A stretch of 30,464 nucleotides of DNA from Octopus sinensis (taxonomy: Eukaryota), in contig NW_021832523.1 of assembly GCF_006345805.1 (NCBI RefSeq), positions 1-30,464 of the forward strand. The letters are read 5' to 3'. A model generated the notes under the pieces. That model ran no database searches. It saw only the letters and a list, made by a program, of their open reading frames with translations, and was not told where the DNA came from. Shown here in pieces: positions 21,546-30,464 of the stretch. Each line of letters starts with the position of its first letter. Within the stretch, counting starts at the first letter, position 1. The translations under genes were made by a program, and so were the position numbers.

Positions 21546-21676
21546 ATAGCAGAAAGGATTATCATTACCATTATATAAACTAAGTACCAGTCAATTACTA
21601 GAATCGGTGTGATCGGCTAAGTCACCTCCAAAAAATTTCAGGCCTTGTACCTTTAGTAGAAAAGATTATTATTATT

Positions 21677-22232
21677 GAGTGAGAGAGCACAGTGCATGCC
21701 ATCAAAGTGACACTGGGGTAAAATATACGAAGCCCAGTATACCCATCATGACTACCCATTTGATAAGGGTACACCAGGCACATATATCACAACCGTATGT
21801 GCGCGACCTGGTGATCTCATATCAAGATTAACAGCGCATGACCTTGCAGGTAGGGCCCTGTTAGAATTTTCTTCAGGTTGAGTAGCCCATCCCACTCAAG
21901 CGTCCCAAATAAGATTTGTTTTAAGGATGTTGAACAAAACACCCATATTTCCAGAGGTGAATTATCCAAAGCCCAACGAATACCTCGCAACACGTGACTA
22001 CGATGCTCCCCCACTATTTCTGTCGTGATCAGAGATGCACATGTCGTCAGCAACTAAGGTATACGCTCAACTGGTTACGGTCAAACAACCGACAAGCAAA
22101 TCTGTGGTATTGAGCAGAATATTTGCTGTAGCCCATCTTTTATACCAAGACAAAACAATGTACATGACAACATTTTGAATCAATTAAGATGAGAAGCCAC
22201 GAGAGCAACTCCTGGTACTGCATCAGGGCATT
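21677..22232 (-). mobile_element. TAA-flanked non-coding element, copy 2 (~555 bp, probably full length)
   Basis: Starts (minus strand) AAATGCCCTGATGCAGTACC and ends CTCTCTCACTC|AATAAT. (TTA)n on both sides. Matches 15681-16139. Confidence 0.87.
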
Positions 22233-22451
22233 TATTATTATTATTATTATTATTATTATCATCATCATCATTATCATTATCTACTACTACTACTACTATT
22301 ATTATTATTATTATTATCATCATCATCATCATGATTAATTTTATACACGAAGTTTTGTGTTTAGCCCCGCTTGTCCCTTGTGTTGTATTGTCCCATTTTG
22401 ATTAATGTTCGGCTGTAGTGGCCAATAAATGAAACACAACTACTACTACTA

Positions 22452-22489
<38 letters not shown>

Positions 22490-22530
22490 ACTACTACTAC
22501 TACTAATACTACTACTACTACTACTATTTG
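22233..22530. repeat. (TTA)/(TCA)/(CTA)n microsatellites
   Basis: Direct repeats. Confidence 0.9.
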
Positions 22531-22952
22531 TTTATTTATGTATCTATTTATTTAGCTGAATCTTAATAGCGGTGTCCAGTTTCTGCGTTGGAAATCCCTT
22601 GGCATTCATTTTTCTTTTCATATCAATATGGCTGACGTAGAAAAATAACTACAAGAAATTATCTAAAACTTCATTAAGTAAATTACGATTCTTTCTTTTT
22701 GTTTTTTTTTGTTTTTTCTTAATCAGTGGTTTCCCCTTGTGTTTTGTCCGTAAAATACTTTATTGCAAATGAAAACAAAACAAAACGATAAACACAATGA
22801 CCTATGTTCTTTAACCCCTGGTCAATCTCAATCTAGTAAACATAATGTTGCGGTATCATGATCATCCCATTTTTCTCCCCCCTTTTTCTTTCCGGAATAC
22901 CTAAATCTATATTTTTGTAATGTCTGCTCTCTAATTTTTTAAAAAATTTTTT

Positions 22953-23125
22953 AAGGCGCAGGAGTGGCTGTGTGGTAAGTAGCTTGCTAACCAACCACAT
23001 GGTTCCGGGTTCAGTCCCACTGCGTGGCATCTTGGGCAAGTGTCTTCTGCTATAGCCCCGGGCCGACCAATGCCTTGTGAGTGGATTTGGTAGACGGAAA
23101 CTGAAAGAAGCCTGTCGTATATATG

Positions 23126-23165
<40 letters not shown>

Positions 23166-23366
23166 CGTTTGTGTTTGTCTACCTAGCATTGCTTGACAAC
23201 CGATGCTGGTGTGTTTATGTCCCCGTCACTTAGCAGTTCGGCAAAAGAGACCGATAAAATAAGTACTGGGCTTACAAAGAATAAGTCCCGGGGTCGATTT
23301 GCTCGACTAAAGGCGGTGCTCCAGCATGGCCGCAGTCAAATGACTGAAACAAGTAAAAGAGTAAAA
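22953..23366 (+). mobile_element. tRNA-derived SINE family B, full-length reference copy
   Basis: AAGGCGCAGGAGTGGCTGTGTGGTAAG (A box)...GGTTCAGTCCC (B box), internal (TA)(GT)n, and tail CAGTCAAATGACTGAAACAAGTAAAAGAG. Confidence 0.93.
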
Positions 23367-23429
23367 AAGGTGGTTTTTAATAGGAAAAATATTTGGTTTC
23401 CCTTTGTAGCACTCATTTACAAACGGTTT

Positions 23430-23870
23430 TCTTAACATTTTTTCTTTGATCTACCTTCGGTGGTCAACTGGAATCACTGGTCCACCGAAAAAGAATATAT
23501 ATCATGGAATCTTATTTCTTAACATCGGAAATTGCTCTTTAAGTCATCTGAAGAATTGCTTTGGTCCAACGGTAGATCATCTGTCATATTCACAGGAGAT
23601 ATGAATTCATCTCTCAAAGCACATCCTTGGATGTTTTCTATTTTTTTCTATGCAAGATTTCTCTTAACCCAGTGTTCATAAGCTACTATTTACAGCTTTA
23701 ATTGCTTAGTTTCTTATGACGTCAGTAATAGATACTTCGTGCTGGTAAGAATCAAGTTTCTGAAACGGATAGAGGAACTCGAAGAATTTGTTTGTTCTAA
23801 TGGTAGAACTTTAGCTGCATTTACGAAAGATGCGGATTAAACTCCTTCGGGCAGCCTTCGTCTTTTTTTC
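23430..23870 (-). pseudogene. Decayed reading frame with a 77-codon internal repeat, product unknown
   Basis: VNAAKVLPLEQTNSS (23824-23780) and VNMTDDLPLDQSNSS (23593-23549) lie exactly 231 nt apart in one frame, with synonymous third-position differences. In-frame stops lie between them. Confidence 0.45.
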
Positions 23871-23884
23871 TATCCAAAGGGTCA

Positions 23885-25004
23885 TGTTTTAATATATTCT
23901 TCTTATCAATCGTCTGTTAGTAATATCTTTTGTCTATTATTTATACATATTAATATACACAATTTCATTGAATTATTAATTCATTTTTACAACGGAGCGT
24001 TTGTTATCAATAACTGTTATACTTTTGTATAACTAGAAACAAACTTAACAGAAGTTTAAGTTTCAATTTGTGTCCATTCTTCATACGCAATTATCTCTAA
24101 AACGTTCAGATTTTTGGGGGCATCTTTTCTGAATATGAACTTTGAAGTGGCACCAAATATTTTCAATTGGATTCAAGTGCGACAATTGAGATGGCCGTTG
24201 CAAAATATCGATATCCTCTTCGCCAAGCCAGGCATTTCGACGTATGCTTTGAAGCATTATTGCTAATTTTCAAGTATGTTAAAAGTTCTAATTATCACCA
24301 AACCCCAACTCTTCTGCTGGCATTCGAAGATTCTCGTCTAATATTTTGAGGTAATCATTTTTTTCATCCCATCTTTGATACAACTACTCATTCTGGGTCA
24401 CCTGCTGAAAAACACACCCCAAAACATTAGATTTGCACTGCCATACTTCACAGTATGGATATCGATATTTTGCAACGACCCATCTCAATGTTGAATTTTT
24501 TAGTCGAAAGAGGTTTCTGCTTATCTGTAGCCTTCTTGTTGTAGTCATAAAGTTCGAGTTTGATATCGTTGACCACAGACCTTTCGACAAAAACTGAGCA
24601 GGTTTGTTTAACACGTGTTTTGCATTGTTTCGTCGAATTTTAACGTGACAGAGCCTAAGCAAGGGGATAGGGATTCTCACAGTTGATCCCAGATGTCCAC
24701 AACGCCCTCCTTGTGGTTGATAATGAAACTTTTATACCCAGCTGCCCAATGTGCTCGCTGACCACTTTCTAAATTGTCCAAGGCTCACTCCCAATTTGTC
24801 TCACCAGTCTTTGCATGAAATCCTCTGACAGCTTTCGTTTTCTTCCGCTCCTTTTTTCTATTTGCCACACAATCGTTGGCTCGATATTTTTTGATGATGA
24901 TTAAAATAGTCGGTACAGAAAATCGTCCAGAAGCCCCAATGTATCCGTCGCCAAGCATGCGTACTCATACAATTTCACTTCTAAGCTGACTACTTATTAC
25001 ATTT
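23885..25004 (-). mobile_element. Tc1-like DNA transposon relic with near-complete transposase pseudogene (~24870-23995)
   Basis: SGRKRKLSEDFMQRLVRQ..GIKVSLSTTRRAL; PLLRLCHVKIR..AKHVLNKPAQFLSKGLWS; TVKYGSANLMFWG(C)FSAG; YLKILDENL; IDILQRPSQLSHLNPIENIW (the WPSQSPDLNPIENLW motif); EEWTQI. Many stops and frameshifts. Confidence 0.92.
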
Positions 25005-25393
25005 ATGAGGAGGCACAATGGCCCAGTGGTTAGGACAGCGGACTCGGGGTCGTAGGATCGTGGCTTCGACACCCAGACCGGGCCTTGTGAGAGATTATAG
25101 AATGAAAACACCTAAAGCTCCACAAGGCTCCGGCAGGGGGTGGGTGACGAGCCCTGCTGTACTCATTCATTCACCACAACTTTCTCTCACTCTTTCTTCC
25201 TGTTTCTGTTGTACCTGTATCTCAAAGGGCCAGCCTTGTCAAACACTGTGTCACGCTGACTCTCCCCGAGAACTACGTTAAGGGTACACGTGTCTGTGGA
25301 GTACTTAGCCACTTGCAGGTTAACTTCACGATCAGGCTGTTCCATTGAACGGATGAACTGGAACCTTCGTCGTCGTAACCGACGGAGTGCCAC
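25005..25393 (+). mobile_element. tRNA-derived SINE family C, full length, with 9-bp TSD
   Basis: TGGCCCAGTGGTTAGG A box and GGCTTCGACACC B box. TSD ATTACATTT at 24996-25004 and 25394-25402. Confidence 0.92.
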
Positions 25394-25437
25394 ATTACAT
25401 TTGTGTATGTGTATGTGCGCGCGTGCGCATGGGTATA

Positions 25438-26293
25438 CAGTGATGTTAATAAATTTTCATAACGTGTAGCATAAAATCGATTTTGAAAAATATTCTTCTT
25501 ACCACTCGTCGGTTTGTAATATCCTTTGTGTATTATTTATGTATATTCATATTTTTCCGCTCCGTTTTCAATTTGTCACAACCGTAGGCTCGATATCTTT
25601 AATAATTGATTGAAATAGTCGGTACAGAAAATTGTCTACAACACTCAGTGTATCCGTCGCCAGACATGCGAACTTCTACAATTTTCTTTCTAAGGTCACT
25701 ACTTATCTATTTCCGCTTCGGCATTTTTTATATACGAATAAAATCGACAGGAAACAATGTCGACAATACTGCCACGTGTACAAAACATATCGGTTTCACT
25801 AATAATTATTATTTCAAATGTTTGTCACAAGAGTATCTTGTGGGAGGTGGGAATGAGTCGATTACATCGACCCCAGTGTTCAACTGGTACTTCTTTTAGC
25901 AACCCCCGAAAGGATGAAATGTAGAGATCGACCTAGGTGAAATTTGAACTCAGAACAACGGGCGAAATAATGCTTAGCATTTCGTCCGGCGTGTTAACGA
26001 TTCTGCCAGTTCATCGCCCTTGTTTTACTAGTAATTATTAACAAGAATTAAGAAGAATATCAATGACTTTTTTTAAAAAATTAATACATTATTTATCGTT
26101 TTAAATAACCTTTTAAGGAAAAAGTTATTAAAATGTTATAGAAATTTTTTAACACGCGTCTCTCATATTTTTTTATTTTATTATTTTTCATTGTTAGTCG
26201 TTCTAAAATTAAATTGCTAATTAGATATCATAAACCGATTAATAATAAAAAGCATATTTAAAAAGATCGATTCTATTTTAGTGAATACCACTG
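25438..26293 (-). mobile_element. Internally deleted non-autonomous Tc1-like element of the same family as 23885-25004
   Basis: TA|CAGTG...CACTG|TA termini with degenerate TIRs. 25490-25550 resembles 23895-23955 and 25553-25712 resembles 24840-24997, so almost all of the transposase is deleted. Confidence 0.8.
25825..26020 (-). mobile_element. SINE family A copy nested in the Tc1 derivative
   Basis: GTCGATTACATCGACCCCAGTG...CCCCGAAAGGATGAAA...GCCAGTTCATCGCCCTT. Confidence 0.85.
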
Positions 26294-26296
26294 TAA

Positions 26297-26332
<36 letters not shown>

Positions 26333-27042
26333 ACATACAAGCACACATGTACTTACATACGCAGACATAGACACACACAGATACACACACACACACATAA
26401 GAAAGATCTACAATATTTTAGAAGTAGATAATAGTAAATCCTGGAGGGGTTTTTTTTATCTGCAGTCTGTCCTTTAATAATGATTTATTTCTTGTAGACT
26501 TCAACAAAGAAAATAATGAAGGAATGAAAAAGAAAACCTGCTTTTGGTTTAGATTTAGATCACAAATATGCCATAAAATATTGAATGTAATGACGTCATT
26601 GAAATTAAATCGCATTTGTTATGTAAATTCTTTATTCTTTAATGAATATGTGGAAAATATATTATTTTTCTCTCTGGAATTTTTAATATATATGTGTGCG
26701 TCCGTGTGTGCATACATATAAACACACACACACAAACGCGCGCGCACACACACACACACCACACACACACTCATTGTGAGACATCCAGAACTTGAATTGC
26801 AGAGCTTCCTGCAATGCGCCAATGACGAACAATGCGCCATTATGTAACGCTTGGTGTCAAGGATGGCTCGATTGTAACACGCTTACAATGCAAATAGCTC
26901 TCTCCACTCGGCGTCATTTATAAGTGGCCCCTATAAGAATGGCACCTATAAGTGACACTAAGTACACTGAAAGATATCAGAAATTAAGGGTTTTACAGTC
27001 CGCGACAACATCACCACCGCTGCCAACCAGAAAACAAGAATT

Positions 27043-27077
27043 TCTAGATCTTTTAGTCGTGGACTAAAAGATCTAGA
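27043..27077. repeat. Perfect 16-bp inverted repeat with 3-nt loop
   Basis: TCTAGATCTTTTAGTC-GTG-GACTAAAAGATCTAGA. Confidence 0.97.
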
Positions 27078-27159
27078 TATGAGTATCGAGGCCTGAATTG
27101 TCTTTACGTCACCTTGTTTTATATAATGTGCCTCTAGCCATGGTTCTCATTATTCCCCT

Positions 27160-27245
27160 CTCTTTCTCTCTGTCTCTCTTTCTCTCTCTCTCCTCTCTCT
27201 CCTCATCTCTCTCTCTCTCCCGATGTATATATATATATATATATC

Positions 27246-27294
<49 letters not shown>

Positions 27295-27310
27295 TATATA
27301 ATATATATAA
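27160..27310. repeat. (CT)n plus (TA)n microsatellites
   Basis: Direct repeats. Confidence 0.95.
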
Positions 27311-27504
27311 ATTAAAAATGAAACAGAATAAATAATATAGGCAATTGCAGGCCCCCACAAAAACCTTTAAATAGCTCAAGGATTCAATTTAATCAACGGA
27401 CATACTAAATATGTCTACCTGCTGGAAATAATCATCAAAACTCTTAAATCGCCAAAATACACTGATAACAACTACATAAATCAACCGTCCAAAGGCTTTT
27501 CTAC

Positions 27505-27679
27505 TCTCTTATTTGTTTCGGTGATTTCACTGTGGCCATGCTGGAACACGACGTTTAGTCGAACAAATTGACCCCAGAACTTATTCCCTGTAAGTCTAAT
27601 ACTTATTGTATCGGTGGTCTTTTGCTGAACCGCTAAGTTACGGAGACTTAAACAGACCACACATCGGTTATATATATAT

Positions 27680-27730
<51 letters not shown>

Positions 27731-27814
27731 CTATTCTATCTATATATATATATATAATATATATAATATATATATATATATATATGCACATATCTATATC
27801 TATCTATATATGTG

Positions 27815-27858
<44 letters not shown>

Positions 27859-28020
27859 TACGGCGGGCTTCTTTCTGTTCCGTTTACCAATTCATCTGTC
27901 AAAGATGTAGTCGGACCGAGGCTACTACAGTAGAAGACCCTTGCCCAGGGTAACACTCAGTGGGACTGAACCTGAAACCATGTGTTTGGTAAGCAAGCCA
28001 CCCACCCACCACACTGTCAC
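27505..28020 (-). mobile_element. SINE family B copy with expanded internal (TA)n
   Basis: Tail at 27505-27665 and head at 27860-28020 match family B. Confidence 0.87.
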
Positions 28021-28291
28021 TCCTGCATGTGAAATTAATGTGCAAGTGAGTGAGCAATGCATAGACACGTGTACCCTTAGTATAGTTCTCAGAAATATTC
28101 AGCGTGAAACAGAGTGTGACAAGGCTGGCCTTTTGAAATACAGGTACTACTCATTTTTTGCCAGCTAAGATGACTGGAGCAATGTGAAATAAAGTATCTT
28201 TCTCAAGGACACAATGCGTCGCTAGGAATTGAACTCACAAGCTTACGATCGTGAGCCAAATAACCTAACAACCAAGCCACGCGCCTTCACG
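28020..28291 (-). mobile_element. tRNA-derived SINE family D (CORE-like middle, tail shared with family C)
   Basis: Head GAAGGCGCGTGGCTTGGTTGTTAGG...GAGTTCAATTCC; middle TGTGTCCTTGAGAAAGATACTTT resembles the CORE domain; the tail matches 25210-25330. Confidence 0.8.
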
Positions 28292-28377
28292 TATAGATTA
28301 GCCCATCAGATTAATGTAAAATTGTTTTTATCATAACTGAAGGGAAAACCCAATATTGACATATATGTATATGTACA

Positions 28378-28419
<42 letters not shown>

Positions 28420-28469
28420 ACACGCACGCATGCTTGCGCGCGCTTGTACCGTTGTATATGTAGTGTTTT

Positions 28470-28936
28470 TTTGTTGTTGTTTTTTCTACCCACAAGGGGC
28501 TAAAGATAGAGGAGACAAACAAGGACAGACAAACGGATTAAGTCGATTACTTCGACCCCAGTACGTAACTGGTACTTAATTTATCGACCCCGAAAGGATG
28601 AAAGGCAAAGTCGACCTCGGCGGAATTCGAACTCAGGACGTAACGACAGACGAAACCGGCAGACGAAATACGGCTACGCATTTCGCCCGGCGTGCTAACG
28701 TTTCTCTCTCTACTACCCACAAGGGGCTAAACACAGAGAGGACAAACAAGGACAGACAAACGGATTAAGTCGATAACCTCGACCCCAGTACGTAACTGGT
28801 ACTTTATTTATCGACCCCGAAAGGATGAAAGGCAAAGTCGACCTCGGCGGATTTCGAATTCAGGACGTAACGGCAGACGAAATACGGCTACGCATTTCGC
28901 CCGGCGTGCTAACGTTTCTGCCAGCTCGCCGCCTTC
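28470..28936 (-). mobile_element. SINE family A head-to-tail dimer with 16-bp TSD
   Basis: Units at 28705-28936 and ~28485-28704. TSD GTATATGTAGTGTTTT at 28454-28469 and 28937-28952. Confidence 0.93.
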
Positions 28937-29351
28937 GTATATGTAGTGTTTTCTGTGACAACACGTCTGGCTATTGGGAAAATATGCGAGTGGGTCTGTG
29001 TGTGTGGGTGTGTATACATCCAAAAGAACCTAATCGACAAAGGTGATGAATAAGAACCTGGCTCCTGGATATTGGTGGGGTCCCTGGGGTACGAAATATC
29101 GATCTCAAATTGATAGTCCGACACACACATTTAGAATGAAGACATTGTATTGAAAACATATTTGGTTGCTTCCAAGTTTATATTTTATGTAATTAAACTT
29201 CAAAAGAAGTACTTGTTTGGTTTTCTCTCATATCTAAGAACTGCATCGAAACAGCTAACTGAATAACCTGTACGCGATCTTCTCCATCATATCCTAATTA
29301 CATCTCTGTAATTGTTTGAAATGTTTACAACCTATCCAGCTCTCTTTCTCC

Positions 29352-29462
<111 letters not shown>

Positions 29463-29954
29463 AATTGTTAGCCTTTCACACTCTTTCTACCTCAGGGATG
29501 CCAAGATGCTTGATATGAGGAGCTGTATATAATACATCTTTTTCAATTTCAAGTGCCGAAGCGCATATTAAAAATACACACACGCACACATACACACACA
29601 CATACATACACATACACACACACACATATATACATATATATATAAGTGTGTGCATGTACGTAAGTATGTATGGATATATGTGTGTCCCTGTGTGTGCGCG
29701 TGCGCATAGAATTATCATACTACAAATTTCACTTGCTGCCGTTTCCAACTTCACGCAAATTTCACACGTGCATTCGCACGTGCACACACACACAAACTCA
29801 CACAAACACACACATACACACACACACGCACATATATGTATTGCAAGTTAGCTCTCTAATATATATATTATTACCTTTTAATTCCAATATATATATATGT
29901 GTGTGTGTGTGTGTGTATGTATGCATGTATGCATGTATGTATGTAGGTAGGTAT

Positions 29955-30185
29955 GTATGTATGTGTGTATAAGTTTGTGTCTGTGTTCCCCACCACCACC
30001 AACATCGCTTGACAAACAATGCTTGTGTGTTTACGTACCCGTAACTTAGCGGTTCGTCAAAAGAGACCTATAAAGTAAGTACTAGGCTTACAAAGAAAAA
30101 GTACTGGTATCGATTTGCTCGACTAAAGGGGGTGCTCAAGCATGGCCACTGTCAAATGACTGAAACAAGTAAAAGAGTAAAAGAG
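29955..30185 (+). mobile_element. SINE family B 3' half
   Basis: CGCTTGACAAACAATGCTTGTGTG...CAAATGACTGAAACAAGTAAAAGAG matches 23185-23366. Confidence 0.88.
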
Positions 30186-30464
30186 TACACACACACACAC
30201 ACACACATACACACATATATATATATATAGAATATTGCTCCAATTAAGGAAATAATCCGTTTTTTTTTAAATCCTATTTCTGATATCAATTAGTGTTTTA
30301 ATTATAGAAATAAACACACTCAGTTGAATCGCTTGAGCAGGTTAATTGTTAATACTTAATTAAACTTACAAGAGTTGATTCATAATTTTGAGTGCGAGAG
30401 AGCGCCAGTCTGTCGATCGATTCAAACAGTGTAAATGCACTGAAAAGGAGCGGCATTGCTTTAC

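Noticed and set aside
21985-22055. CUGACGA…GAAA on the minus strand of the TAA-flanked element
   Set aside because: GAAA is absent in copy 1, stem II is poor, and there is no stem III or UH triplet.
22550-22640. Minus-strand peptide MKRKMNAKGFPTQKLDTAIK, faintly like the GYP helix of Penelope RT C-termini
   Set aside because: The similarity is too short and there is no flanking RT sequence.
1113-28291. tRNA-like A/B boxes at SINE heads as possible tRNA genes
   Set aside because: No complete cloverleaf; each continues into a repeated SINE body or a microsatellite.
29495-29540. Strong plus-strand acceptors at 321, 22725 and 29495
   Set aside because: No convincing downstream open frame and donor; pyrimidine tracts are abundant here by composition.

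Overview
This is AT-rich eukaryotic DNA saturated with microsatellites. The SINE families and simple-repeat load resemble an octopod cephalopod (Octopus-like) genome; that assignment is inferred from recalled repeat families, not from a search. No intact protein-coding gene can be supported, and most long ORFs in the track are translations of microsatellites. The window is most likely intronic or intergenic. Recognisable content: two decayed mariner transposases; two Tc1-like relics; an RTE LINE 3' end; about 20 tRNA-derived SINE copies from at least four families; three fragments of R4/Dong-type retrotransposons embedded in or abutting (TAA)n; a ~555-bp TAA-flanked non-coding element in two copies; and five hammerhead-ribozyme-like motifs of the minimal Penelope type. 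Two systems stand out. (1) A set of unrelated elements all join (AAT)n in the same phase, consistent with TAA-targeted retrotransposition. (2) Three sequence-unrelated, (TA)n-flanked cassettes of ~250-330 bp carry hammerhead motifs; the best one, at 6773-6826, has an intact core and a GUC cleavage triplet. Further points: SINE dimers enclosed by single TSDs, a templated inverted insertion inside a Tc1 transposase, and a decayed in-frame 77-codon protein repeat. Boundaries of degenerate repeats are approximate (about +/-20 bp).
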